Below are positions 18,948 through 28,793 of a stretch of DNA of 64,000 nt, piece after piece. This DNA comes from Patescibacteria group bacterium (GTDB lineage Bacteria > Patescibacteriota > UBA1384 > 2-12-FULL-50-11): positions 2,780 to 66,779 of the forward strand of contig JALHMV010000001.1 in NCBI GenBank assembly GCA_022843855.1. Reading direction: 5' to 3'. Made by a program: the position numbers and the translations under genes. Each line of letters starts with the position of its first letter. Position 1 is the first letter of the stretch. The notes under the pieces are model-generated. The model saw only the letters and a program-made list of their open reading frames with translations. It ran no database searches and had not been told where the DNA came from.

Positions 18948-20007
18948 TTTTGAGAAGAACGCTTTGGTAGGCAGCGAGGTAGCTCTTCGTCATTGCTTCG
19001 ACGGAGAACTTTTCCTCTGCGCGACGTCGGCAGGCCGAACGATTGAGTGAGGCAACCTTACCGATCGCCTCGACAAAAGCCGTTTCGTCGTCGGGCTTGA
19101 TCAGGAAACCGGTTCGACCGTCTTCGATGAGTTCGGCCATCGCCCCACGGTTGTAGGTAATAACTGGTGTGCCGCAGGCCATTGATTCGGCCACTACTAG
19201 TCCGAATGGTTCGTCCCACTGAATGGGGTTGACCAGCGCTAAGGCATCGCCGTATAGCTTGTTTTTTTCGTCGTGACCGACTTCGCCAACCCATTCGGCA
19301 ACGCCGGGTTTAAGTCGGGGCTTAACCTCCGCTTCAAAGTATTCCAAGTCTGCCGGCGCCTGCTGATCCAGCTTGGCCGCCATCAACAACTTCATACCGA
19401 CACGCGCAGCAAATTCGATCGCCAAATGTGGCGCTTTCGTCTTAGTGAATCTACCAACCCACAGTAAGTAATCGGCTTTTGGCGAGTCGTTGAAAGTAAA
19501 CGATCCAACGTTAATCCCGTTGTAGGCTGTTGCCACCCAATTGAGGAATTGAGCGTTGACACGCTGGTAGTCGCTAATCGAGATAAAGGATTGATTCTTA
19601 TAGCGCTCGAACGTTCGAATCCGATCTTCCGGAATTTCTTTGGCGTTCAGTGTACCGTGAATCGTGTTGACGAACGGGACTTTTGAGAGCGACATCATCG
19701 CCAGCGAGCGATGGGATTGGTGGTTGTGGATAATATCCGCGCCGATCTCTTCGGCGTAACGAATCGCTTCTGCAACGTGGAGCAGCGTATCGTACATCGA
19801 CGTCCACGGTACTCCGTCGCGATAAAGCGCCCGAGGATAGGTCGAAACCAGCTTAGCACTCGTCTGCGAGTCACCGGTCGCAAACAGTGTTACTTCATGC
19901 CCCTCCTTTACTAACTCTTCGGTCAGATTTGAAACTACCAGCTCGAGACCACCGTATTTGGGCGGTGGCGTCGTTTCCCACAGCGACGAAATTTGAACGA
20001 TTTTCAT
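18934..20007 (-). CDS. glycosyltransferase family 4
   Basis: EPFGLVVAESMACGTPVITYNRGAMAELIEDGRTGFL. Start placed at MKIVQISS, the usual GT4 N-terminus, rather than the listed 20043. Confidence 0.8.
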   Translation of the reverse strand: MKIVQISSLWETTPPPKYGGLELVVSNLTEELVKEGHEVTLFATGDSQTSAKLVSTYPRALYRDGVPWTSMYDTLLHVAEAIRYAEEIGADIIHNHQSHRSLAMMSLSKVPFVNTIHGTLNAKEIPEDRIRTFERYKNQSFISISDYQRVNAQFLNWVATAYNGINVGSFTFNDSPKADYLLWVGRFTKTKAPHLAIEFAARVGMKLLMAAKLDQQAPADLEYFEAEVKPRLKPGVAEWVGEVGHDEKNKLYGDALALVNPIQWDEPFGLVVAESMACGTPVITYNRGAMAELIEDGRTGFLIKPDDETAFVEAIGKVASLNRSACRRRAEEKFSVEAMTKSYLAAYQSVLLKNEDR

Positions 20008-20073
20008 TGGTTTCACGTTCTCAGATTTGGGCCGTACAGACAACAGGCGGATATGCGTTAGAATGGAATCACT

Positions 20074-21150
20074 ATGAGAATCGCTCTTGTCGCGCCACCA
20101 TTTTTGTCGATCCCACCTAAGAAACAGGGTGGGACCGAGGCTGTCTTAACAGTCAAAATCAACGAACTTGTCCGGCTCGGCCACGACGTCACGCTCTTCT
20201 GTGCAGGCGATGCAGCCTTTGAAGGGATCAAGACCATAAGCATCTACCCGACTCCGATCAACGATCTTCCGGCCGATCTCCAAAGCCAGGAGTCGTCACG
20301 AAAACTACGCCTAGAGATGACGTACTTTGCAGCCGTCGCGACCGAGCTTATAAAGAGCGATGGCGATTTCGACATAATCTTTAATCACACTCGGGGTGAA
20401 GTTTCGTTTGCACCCCTAACCAACTTCCTAAGAACACCCGTTATTTCGATCTTTCATCTGCCGCTCCTAGAAGAAAACGTCGCCGTTCTCGAACAAAACC
20501 CGAAAGCATTTGCTATCTCAATCAGCGACAACCAACGCGGTCGGTTTGCTTCACTGAAGAACTTTGTCGCCACCGTTTATAACGGCGTCGATCTGGAAGT
20601 CTACAAGCCAGCCGAATCACCGAAACGGGATTTTGTTTTTTGGATCGGCACCGTTGGCGAGCACAAAAACACGTTGGACGCGATATCTGCCGCCAAACTG
20701 GCTGGTCAGAAGATCGTGTTGGCTGGCAAAATTCGTGACCAGCAATATCATCACGAGAAAATTGAACCACTTATCGACAATTCATCGGTTCGCTATCTTG
20801 GCGAGATCGACTTAGGGGAGAAGATTCCGCTCCTGCAAAACGCCAAAGCGGTACTCTTCCCAACGAAATGGGCTGAACCATTTGGTTTGGTGATGATCGA
20901 GGCGCTCGCCTGCGGTACGCCGGTCATTGCCTACCCCAACGGTGCCGTACCGGAAGTAATTACCGACAAAATTGGGGCAATCGTGACAAGCGTCGACGAA
21001 ATGGCAAAGGCAATCAGGGTGATTGATCAGATTGACCCAGCCCAGTGTCGAGCGCGGGTAGAAGAAAAATTTAGCGCCAGCGTCATGACACAGAATTACG
21101 TCCAGGCGGCAGAACGGGTTTTTCATGGCGACATTCCTTCGAATAACTGA
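20074..21150 (+). CDS. glycosyltransferase family 4
   Basis: MRIALVAPPF... and EPFGLVMIEALACGTPVIAYPNGAVPEVI. Confidence 0.8.
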   Translation: MRIALVAPPFLSIPPKKQGGTEAVLTVKINELVRLGHDVTLFCAGDAAFEGIKTISIYPTPINDLPADLQSQESSRKLRLEMTYFAAVATELIKSDGDFDIIFNHTRGEVSFAPLTNFLRTPVISIFHLPLLEENVAVLEQNPKAFAISISDNQRGRFASLKNFVATVYNGVDLEVYKPAESPKRDFVFWIGTVGEHKNTLDAISAAKLAGQKIVLAGKIRDQQYHHEKIEPLIDNSSVRYLGEIDLGEKIPLLQNAKAVLFPTKWAEPFGLVMIEALACGTPVIAYPNGAVPEVITDKIGAIVTSVDEMAKAIRVIDQIDPAQCRARVEEKFSASVMTQNYVQAAERVFHGDIPSNN

Positions 21151-21187
21151 TACAATTCGTACGGCAAAAACGAACGGATAGCCCACT

Positions 21188-22468
21188 ATGAAAATACTTC
21201 AACTTCTAGTGTTTCCGCTCTGGGGAAGCGGCAGCGGTACGTACGCTCGCAAGCTTTCTGAGAGCCTCGTCAAACTCGGCCATGACGTCGCGATGATTGC
21301 TCCCGAACACCGGGAGCTGGAGGGCGTCAAAATTTACCCGATCGAGCTACCGGTTAAGGCCGCCTTCACGATGCACCCGGAGTGGCCTAACTCAAAGCGT
21401 TTCTCGGATCTGACCGATCATCAGATCTCTGAGTACTATATGGTTTGGCTCAAGAAGATCGTTCAGGTCGTCGAGGAGTACAAGCCTGACGTCATCCACG
21501 TGCATCACGCCTCGATGCTCTCGTGGATCGCTTCGTATATAAAAAGTATCTACGGGATTAACTACGTCGTCTCGGTCCACGGCACATGCATTATGAACGC
21601 GAGTATCGACCTGCGCTACGTATCACAGACAAAGCTGGCGCTTGACCGAGCAGAGTTTATCGTGCCAGTGTCTGGCGACACTCGCAGCTGGATGCTAAAA
21701 GTCCTCGGCCGAACACTCAATCGGAGAAGTCGAGTTATTACCGGTGGCATCGACTTAAAGGTCTTCCCCAAGAAACTTGATATCAGAACTATCGATGACA
21801 AATTCAACATGAAGGGTAAGCGCGTCGTGCTATTCAGCGGGAAGCTAACCAAAATCAAAGGCGTTGACTACCTCATTAAGGCAGCGTCAAAGATCAGCGC
21901 CGAGATCTACATTGCTGGTGACGGTGAAGAGCGGAAGAACCTTGAGAAGCTTGCCGATAAGCTTGATGCCAAAAATGTCACTTTCCTCGGCTATTTTGAT
22001 AAATCAGACGCCGAAACACTTCGTCAGCTCTACGCACGAGCCGACGTGGCAGTCTTCCCGTCTGTTTGGGACGAACCGTTGGGCCTAGTGATTCTCGAAT
22101 CGATGGCTGCTTCAACACCCGTCGTCGCCAGTCGCAAAGGCGGTATCCCGCTCGCGGTTAAGCACGGTGTTAACGGGTACTTGGTCCGCGCTCGTTCGTC
22201 GAAAGAGATTGCTGACGCAGTTAACAAGATTCTCAATAACCCGTCTCTGCAAAAAACAATGGGTGAAAACGCCCGGCGGATCGCCGAGGAAAAGTTCTCC
22301 TGGACACTCATTGCCAAGAACTTCGTCAAGCTGTACGACGTCGCCGTTGATCGAGCCGAGTCGTCTCGAACGACCCGCCGACTCCGCAGGCAGCAGCAAA
22401 AGCGTGAACTCAACCGCATCGAGCAAGAAAAGAGTCACCTACACACCCACAACGTCGAGCTCAGCTAG
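21188..22468 (+). CDS. glycosyltransferase family 4 with basic C-terminal tail
   Basis: MKILQLLVFPLWGSGSGT... and DEPLGLVILESMAASTPVVASRKGGIPLAV. Confidence 0.8.
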   Translation: MKILQLLVFPLWGSGSGTYARKLSESLVKLGHDVAMIAPEHRELEGVKIYPIELPVKAAFTMHPEWPNSKRFSDLTDHQISEYYMVWLKKIVQVVEEYKPDVIHVHHASMLSWIASYIKSIYGINYVVSVHGTCIMNASIDLRYVSQTKLALDRAEFIVPVSGDTRSWMLKVLGRTLNRRSRVITGGIDLKVFPKKLDIRTIDDKFNMKGKRVVLFSGKLTKIKGVDYLIKAASKISAEIYIAGDGEERKNLEKLADKLDAKNVTFLGYFDKSDAETLRQLYARADVAVFPSVWDEPLGLVILESMAASTPVVASRKGGIPLAVKHGVNGYLVRARSSKEIADAVNKILNNPSLQKTMGENARRIAEEKFSWTLIAKNFVKLYDVAVDRAESSRTTRRLRRQQQKRELNRIEQEKSHLHTHNVELS

Positions 22469-23489
22469 TTTTACGTGTTATCTGACTCTGCCGCAGATAC
22501 TTGGCTGCTTCTTCGGGACTCATTACATCAACAACAACTCCAGAGCCAAGCTCATAGCCGCCGTAGGTACCCAAGCGCGGAGCTATCTCGATATGCCAGC
22601 GGAAGAACTCACTATTCTTGACTGAATCTGGTAAGTCGTGAAGGAAAAAATTTAGCGCTGGCTGTTTTAGTACACGCGCGTAGCGACTCATAACGTCTTT
22701 CATTATTTGCCCTAGAGAGTGGATAAACGTTTCCGAAGTATCTTCAAAATGGGCTGACGGCTCTTTCGGCAACACCCAAACCTCAAAGGGAAATCGAGCG
22801 GCGTAAAAGGTAAAGGCAATAAACTCGTCGTTTTCGGCGATAATTCGATCCTTCTCTTTCTTCTCGTGAAAAATCAAATCTTCAAATACATTCTTGCCGT
22901 TATTAATAAAGTACTGCTCAGCGCCGTTCATCTCCCGAACTATTTGATTCGGGATAATATTAGCTGCAAAAATTTGAGCGTGCGGATGGGCGATCGAGGC
23001 TCCTGCTTTCGGACCGTGATTATAAATGAGCATTGTGTGCTCGGCGTTACAATCTTTACGCCAGTATTTGAAACGACGTTTTGAAACCGAGAAAAGCTCG
23101 TACCATTGTTGGGTCGAGAAAGAATAAATTGTATCTTCAGCCTGTTTAACGATCAGAACATCGTGACCGCCAGTCGATGGTCGGGCAGCGTAGAAGTTGC
23201 TCTCCAGTCGATAAGTTCTCGGAGAACACGAGGCAGGATCCTCAAGAAACACCGGATACTTATTTGGAATAACGTAGATATGCTTCGTCTCGTAATCTTT
23301 GAGACGCTGTCTTTGATACTGGTCACCATCCAGCGAGAACGGATCGTTTTCCCCGGATTCTGGTTTGATTGTTTCAGCGCTCACAAAATCCGAAGGGCGT
23401 TTCGAGCGTTCCGGCGCGATCACTACCCACTCGCCGGTAATAATATTCTGCCGCAACTGAGGCATGGGCTTATTGTGCCATAGAGTCAA
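22461..23489 (-). CDS. GalT-like HIT-family nucleotidyltransferase (hexose-1-phosphate uridylyltransferase-like)
   Basis: ITGEWVVIAPERSKRP, NKYPVF and HxHxQ motif IAHPHAQIF; 342 aa. Confidence 0.7.
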   Translation of the reverse strand: MTLWHNKPMPQLRQNIITGEWVVIAPERSKRPSDFVSAETIKPESGENDPFSLDGDQYQRQRLKDYETKHIYVIPNKYPVFLEDPASCSPRTYRLESNFYAARPSTGGHDVLIVKQAEDTIYSFSTQQWYELFSVSKRRFKYWRKDCNAEHTMLIYNHGPKAGASIAHPHAQIFAANIIPNQIVREMNGAEQYFINNGKNVFEDLIFHEKKEKDRIIAENDEFIAFTFYAARFPFEVWVLPKEPSAHFEDTSETFIHSLGQIMKDVMSRYARVLKQPALNFFLHDLPDSVKNSEFFRWHIEIAPRLGTYGGYELGSGVVVDVMSPEEAAKYLRQSQITRKTS

Positions 23490-23534
23490 AATTGTGACGA
23501 GTTAACGGATTTCGACTACGATACAGAAGAGGGG

Positions 23535-25742
23535 ATGAAATATCAGTACGGCGAGTTTTCAGCTCAGGGCGATCAGTTTTTTGTTCAGCGCGTTGACACG
23601 CCGCAGCCTTGGCACAATCAGCTCAGCAGCAACGATGTCTATAGTCGCATTTCTCAGGTAGGCCAAGGCGAGTTACGTTTTCTCAACCAGCACGCAACCC
23701 CCATTACAAGACGACTCATCTTTGTTCGCGATAACGATAGCAGCGAGTCCTGGAACGCTACCGGCAACGACCAGACTGCGTTCGATCACTTTCAAGCCGT
23801 TCACGCACAATGGCACACCAGAATCGAGACGGTCCATCAGGCTATCAGCTCTTCAACGACGTTCTTTTTACCCGAGGACGAACCGCTCGAAGTCTGGCGG
23901 GTGAAGGTCAGTAATCAATCAAGGACGAAAAGACGACTAACGCTTTTTGCGGGAGTGTTGTGGGGGAACAAAGCAAGTGAGACGTTTGAAACACGGCACA
24001 GCCACGGCATTCTTTTTGGCGACGATCGTTCGATTGAAGATGGGGCGACGCTCTTCGTAACCGCTACACGAACAATTGACAGCTTCGAAACACAGGCATC
24101 CGCGTTCATCGGACGACGCGGCACGCTCGAAGCACCCGAAGCCGTCGCCGAAGGCAAGCTCTCGCGAAGCGCCGGCGCCGGCGACCAGGCGTTAGGCGTC
24201 ACACAAATAAATCTCACCCTCGGCGCCGGTGACGAGACTGAGATTATCCTGCTTGTCGGCGCAGTAACCGGAAAAGGCTCAACCGCTGCAAAGCGGCGAG
24301 CCGACGCTGACCGACGAATAAAAGCGATTCGACAACGTTATCAAGAAGCAGGCAGAGTTGGTGAAGCGATGATTCGTTGCGAACAGTCCTACTCAACGTT
24401 AACCCAACGCATCTTAGTAAAAAGTAGCGACTCAGTTTTTGACGCATTCTTCAACTATTGGAAGAAGCATCAAGCGATTGCGGCGCTACGAGCTAGCCAA
24501 TCAGAACTTGAGAAGCTTACGATAGCTGCCAGCCTGACCGCTCTCGACCCGGAACAAACCCGACGCACCTTAGTTGATGCCCTCCAAAGACAACATCGAG
24601 ACGGATCGGTCGTTTTTGATGATAATCCCGATGGTCACTTATCGTTATTAACGACTGCGGTAGCGTATTTAACCGAAACCGCTAACCTAGCATTTCTTGG
24701 CGAGAAACGCGGATACGCCGATGCGAGCGAAGCCTCCGTTCTCCACCACCTTACTCGAGCCGTCGATCGATCGCTTAAAAGCCTGTCGTCACGCGGCCTT
24801 CCCGCTCAACAGACTATTGCCGTGATAAGCAACCCCGTAGTTCGTGAGCGATTCGAGACGGCCTGCCTTCTTTACTCGGCATTGCGCGGGCTACTACCGA
24901 TTCTCGACGCTGTCGGCGAGCACGAGCTCGTTCACCGCTACGACCGGGCAGCCGAGAAACTTCGTACTTCAATCAACGCCCACTTCTGGCAAAACTCGTG
25001 GTATGCGTCCGAGCTAGAGAACGGTCGGGCAACCCTCGGTCGCAGAGGCGCCGAGGCGTATCGGATCGGCCTCCGGGAACAGGCAATCGCCGTATTGAGC
25101 GGGGTTAGCACTCGTGATCACGGCCACAAAGCGCTTAGCGAAGCGGAGCGGTCGCTAGCAACTAAGGTTGGAGCGCTCAACTTCGCCCCTGCATTCGCGA
25201 CACCAACAAGTACGCCGGCGTCGATGGCAGCCCCTGGCTGCGGAACTAACAGCACAGTCGTCAATCGTGACGTCGCGCTCGCCGTGGCAGCATTGGCAAA
25301 GCTTGGGGAGGGGGACGAGGCCTTTCGCGTCTGGCAACGCAGCTGCCCGGCATCTCTCGGTGCGCACCCCGACCAATACCGAGCAGAGCCGTTCGCCTTT
25401 TCAGCTGGATTGGCCGGTCCAAGTCAGTCTGCTTTTGGCTGGGGGAGCGGTGCTTCGACCGACCCCGCACCGGCGCTCTTTTGGCAAGCCATGCTTGAAA
25501 ATGTCATCGGCTTACAGCCGACGCTTGGCGGCCTCAAAATTGATCCCTGCCTCCCACGTGATTGGCGAAAAGTCGAAGTAACACGCACGTTTCGCGGTGC
25601 CGAATATCACATTAGAATCGTTAACTCACTGCGATCCAACCGAGGCGTTGACCGAATACTTGTTGACGGAGTACGTATCACTGGCAGCGTTGTCCCACCG
25701 CAAGGAACCGGCGTTCACTTCGTAGAAGCTGTACTCGGCTAA
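23535..25742 (+). CDS. GH94-like glycoside phosphorylase (cellobiose/chitobiose phosphorylase family)
   Basis: The N-terminal block DTPQPWHNQLSSNDVYSRISQVGQGELRF...IFVRDNDSSESWNA...LTLFAGVLW aligns with the cellobiose phosphorylase N-terminal beta-sandwich pattern; 735 aa. Confidence 0.55.
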   Translation: MKYQYGEFSAQGDQFFVQRVDTPQPWHNQLSSNDVYSRISQVGQGELRFLNQHATPITRRLIFVRDNDSSESWNATGNDQTAFDHFQAVHAQWHTRIETVHQAISSSTTFFLPEDEPLEVWRVKVSNQSRTKRRLTLFAGVLWGNKASETFETRHSHGILFGDDRSIEDGATLFVTATRTIDSFETQASAFIGRRGTLEAPEAVAEGKLSRSAGAGDQALGVTQINLTLGAGDETEIILLVGAVTGKGSTAAKRRADADRRIKAIRQRYQEAGRVGEAMIRCEQSYSTLTQRILVKSSDSVFDAFFNYWKKHQAIAALRASQSELEKLTIAASLTALDPEQTRRTLVDALQRQHRDGSVVFDDNPDGHLSLLTTAVAYLTETANLAFLGEKRGYADASEASVLHHLTRAVDRSLKSLSSRGLPAQQTIAVISNPVVRERFETACLLYSALRGLLPILDAVGEHELVHRYDRAAEKLRTSINAHFWQNSWYASELENGRATLGRRGAEAYRIGLREQAIAVLSGVSTRDHGHKALSEAERSLATKVGALNFAPAFATPTSTPASMAAPGCGTNSTVVNRDVALAVAALAKLGEGDEAFRVWQRSCPASLGAHPDQYRAEPFAFSAGLAGPSQSAFGWGSGASTDPAPALFWQAMLENVIGLQPTLGGLKIDPCLPRDWRKVEVTRTFRGAEYHIRIVNSLRSNRGVDRILVDGVRITGSVVPPQGTGVHFVEAVLG

Positions 25743-25929
25743 AATAATCCCTGCTCGACGGGTAGGCGAATCGGTTGGAGAAACTCTTCCGCTGACTGTC
25801 GGCTACTCTGGTATTGGACCAGAAGAGAAAACGCGCTAACCGCAAGAACGCAGAAAAAAATTAGCATATACCAAATGAGTGGGGGACTTTCCTTGTGGTG
25901 ATGCTTCATTAAAACTAGACTACACCAAA

Positions 25930-27939
25930 ATGGCCGAGCAGATTACTCTCTCTACCCCGCTGGACCAGCTGGCCGGCGTTGGTCCCGAAACAGCTAAACG
26001 GCTTTACCGACTCGGACTAATAACAGTTAAAAATTTGATTGAATTTCTGCCCCGGCGGATTGAAGATCGTAGCCGTCTCTGCCACATTCAGAAGCTTGTC
26101 GTTGGCGAGGCCATGGTGATTAGGGGGCAGATCGAGCGGGTTTCAGGGCGATACAGTCAGCGCGGTGTTTTTATTGTTACGGCTAGAATGTGCGATTCAA
26201 GCGGTGCAATCAACGCCGTTTGGTTCAACCAACGGTACCTCCTTCGCTCGTTGAAGGCAGGTCAGCACATCACCCTGTTCGGCGAGAAGCGTCTGGTCAA
26301 AACGATGGGTAATCCTTTTTTTGTCAAAAAAATTATCGAACAACCGGAGATCGTTCCGATCTATCCATTGACCGGCGGACTAACTCAAAATACCCTCGCC
26401 CATCTTCTAGGCAAGGTAGAGCCACTTGTAGCACGCATACCCAACGTCATCCCGCCCTCAATTCAAGCCGAGCGACAGCTGAGCAACCGCGCCGAGTGCT
26501 TGATGCGCGTCCACTACAACCCGAGCGCTGAGGCGCTGGAGGAAGCTATCGCGCTACTCGGTTTTGAGGAGCTACTGATCACGTGTCTGCTGGCGCTGGA
26601 AGCAAAGGAAGAACGTCGACGACAAATCGGCGCCACCCGGCCGATTAGCCGTGACCAGCTCGACGCTGCTTTGCTGAGATTTGATTTTCAGCCGACCGCC
26701 GGTCAGCGTCTAGCCTGTCGTGAAATTGCTGACGATCTTAGTCGATCGTATCCGATGAATCGCTTGCTCTACGGCGAGGTGGGCAGCGGCAAAACAGCCG
26801 TTGGGCTCGCAGCAGCGCTCAGCGTCGCGTCGACTGGTCAGCGCGTCCTGTGGCTCTCTCCAACCGTAACACTCGCTGAGCAACAGGCCCGTATCACCAG
26901 CGAATACGCTCGACAATTTGACCAACAAACAACGCTCATCACCAGACACACCTCAAAGGATATCGGTACCGCTCGACTTGTTATCGGCACCCATGCGGTT
27001 CTACGCGATACATACGACTTCGGTGACGTGGGCCTCATAGTTATCGACGAACAGCAACGCTTTGGCGTCGAACAACGCAACACACTCTTAAAAAGATACC
27101 CGAGCGCCCACCTTCTCATGATGAGCGCCACACCGATCCCTCGCACTCTCGCTCACACACTTTTTGGCCATCTCGACATTACCTATCTTCGCGACAAGCC
27201 TCGGCATCAGGTAGAGATAGCAACCAGGGTCTTTCGCGATGCCAGTCGCGAAAAAGTTGAACAACACCTCGCCGAGCGGCTCTCGGCCGGGCAACCCGGG
27301 TACGTCATTTGCCCGCTTATCACCGACCCCGAAAACGACGCCACCTTGTTTGCCGACGAACGAAAAGCGGTTCAGTCAGAGTTTCGCCGTCTCCACACGA
27401 TCTTCCCACAAGCTCGAATCGGCTTCATCCACGGCCAGCTTAAGAATGACCAGAAGGAAAAAGTAATGGAGGAGTTTCGACTCGGCCGATTAGATATCTT
27501 AGTTGCTACAAGCATTATCGAGGTCGGCATCGATAATCAAGCCGCCACGTGGATCGTCATCGAAGAGGCCGACCGCTTTGGCCTCTCGCAGCTTCACCAG
27601 TTGCGCGGTCGGGTCGGTCGCGGTTCCCAGCTCTCTGTCTGCTTCCTTCACAATTCGCTCTCCACTGACAACGCCACTGAACGTCTAAGTGCTCTGGCGA
27701 AAGCGCGTGATGGCCTGGAGATTGCCGAGCTTGACCTCAAGCTGCGCGGTCCCGGCAATATCGCGGGCAACGAACAAAGTGGCTTGCCCAACGTTCGCTA
27801 CGCCGACTTGAGCAACCTTGAGACGATTAAGGCTGCCTACGCGGCCGCTGAAAAAATTGGCATCAGCAACCTCGCGCAGTATCCTGATTTAGAACGAGAA
27901 CTAAAAAGCTGGCAAAACAATGAACGTGCCTCAACTTGA
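25930..27939 (+). CDS. recG: ATP-dependent DNA helicase RecG
   Basis: Wedge/OB N-terminus, Walker A GEVGSGKT, DEQQRFG, and the C-terminal RGRVGRG. Confidence 0.9.
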   Translation: MAEQITLSTPLDQLAGVGPETAKRLYRLGLITVKNLIEFLPRRIEDRSRLCHIQKLVVGEAMVIRGQIERVSGRYSQRGVFIVTARMCDSSGAINAVWFNQRYLLRSLKAGQHITLFGEKRLVKTMGNPFFVKKIIEQPEIVPIYPLTGGLTQNTLAHLLGKVEPLVARIPNVIPPSIQAERQLSNRAECLMRVHYNPSAEALEEAIALLGFEELLITCLLALEAKEERRRQIGATRPISRDQLDAALLRFDFQPTAGQRLACREIADDLSRSYPMNRLLYGEVGSGKTAVGLAAALSVASTGQRVLWLSPTVTLAEQQARITSEYARQFDQQTTLITRHTSKDIGTARLVIGTHAVLRDTYDFGDVGLIVIDEQQRFGVEQRNTLLKRYPSAHLLMMSATPIPRTLAHTLFGHLDITYLRDKPRHQVEIATRVFRDASREKVEQHLAERLSAGQPGYVICPLITDPENDATLFADERKAVQSEFRRLHTIFPQARIGFIHGQLKNDQKEKVMEEFRLGRLDILVATSIIEVGIDNQAATWIVIEEADRFGLSQLHQLRGRVGRGSQLSVCFLHNSLSTDNATERLSALAKARDGLEIAELDLKLRGPGNIAGNEQSGLPNVRYADLSNLETIKAAYAAAEKIGISNLAQYPDLERELKSWQNNERAST

Positions 27940-28348
27940 ACAAGAGCTAACGAGCCGTTTTGGCTGGGTAGCAACAATTCTCTTGGTCGCTGGTTCGGCG
28001 TTTCTAATCGGCAACACGTACCAGCCGCGGGATACCGTCACCGAGGAAGACGGCGTTACACCGAGCAATACGACGATTTCACCGGTGATCGAACAAATCC
28101 AACAGACGCTCGCTAACGATCAAGCGGAGGTTGGGGAGTTACCTGAGAACGTAACCGGAGTGGTGAGCATCAACTCAGGCACGCTCGCCGAACTCGACAC
28201 CTTGCCGGGTATCGGGCCGGCCAAAGCGCAAGCGATCATCGACTACCGAACGCAGAACGGCCCGTTTGTCCGGATTGATGATCTTCTCAACGTCAGCGGC
28301 ATCGGCCCAAAGACTTTAGAGCAACTGCGTAGTCAAATCTCACTCTGA
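27920..28348 (+). CDS. comEA: competence protein ComEA (HhH DNA-binding)
   Basis: N-terminal TM, then LDTLPGIGPAKAQAIIDYR...LLNVSGIGPKTLEQL helix-hairpin-helix repeats. Confidence 0.75.
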   Translation: MNVPQLEQELTSRFGWVATILLVAGSAFLIGNTYQPRDTVTEEDGVTPSNTTISPVIEQIQQTLANDQAEVGELPENVTGVVSINSGTLAELDTLPGIGPAKAQAIIDYRTQNGPFVRIDDLLNVSGIGPKTLEQLRSQISL

Positions 28349-28354
28349 GACCTG

Positions 28355-28381
28355 TTGCTAGCCAAGAAGTACTGATAAAAT
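28355..28381 (+). promoter_or_regulatory. candidate promoter for tRNA-Leu
   Basis: TTGCTA, a 15 nt spacer, then TAAAAT. Confidence 0.25.
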
Positions 28382-28396
28382 TTATGTCAGTCACAT

Positions 28397-28447
28397 CGGC
28401 CGGAGTGGCGAAATACTCCTAACGTCATTTCGCCCACGTCCGGACTC
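28397..28447 (+). repeat. imperfect hairpin built from a 16 nt duplicate of the tRNA-Leu 5' end
   Basis: gccggagtggcgaaat (28399-28414) is identical to tRNA positions 28454-28469. Its near-complement atttcgcccacgtccggac follows after a 12 nt loop. Confidence 0.7.
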
Positions 28448-28453
28448 TACATT

Positions 28454-28536
28454 GCCGGAGTGGCGAAATGGCAGACGCACCAGCTTTAGGAGCTGGCGCC
28501 CGCAAGGGTGTGGAGGTTCAAGTCCTCTCTCCGGCA
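28454..28536 (+). tRNA. tRNA-Leu (anticodon UAG)
   Basis: GCCGGAGTGGCGAAATGGCAGACGCACCAGCTTTAGGAGCTGG + long variable arm + GGAGGTTCAAGTCCTCTCTCCGGCA. Class II tRNA, anticodon loop TTTAGGA. Confidence 0.85.
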
Positions 28537-28580
28537 CAGACAAAAGCTGTCACGAAAGTGGCAGTTTTTGTCTGTAATTA
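28537..28580 (+). terminator. long hairpin immediately after tRNA-Leu
   Basis: CAGACAAAA...GAAA...TTTTGTCTG with a T-run inside the 3' arm. Confidence 0.35.
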
Positions 28581-28793
28581 AGTGCGGGCTTCCTCGCGAG
28601 CTGTCAAAAACGGCGAAGATTTCCTCTCTCCGGTACTCGAATCGGATTCATTCCCAGCTGGCTGAAGTCTCACACCCTATCTTGATCTCTGGACCAAAAA
28701 TGTCCATTCACGAACAGGCTCGTTGGCTGTTCGGTTTCGGGAGGTACACAAGAAGTTTGGCGGTCGGCAACCTGTCGGGTACACTAGTCTCAA

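Noticed and set aside
20008-20043. Listed start of GT4b at 20043
   Set aside because: It would leave only 30 bp for two divergent promoters. The internal MKIVQISS at 20007 matches the conserved GT4 N-terminus.
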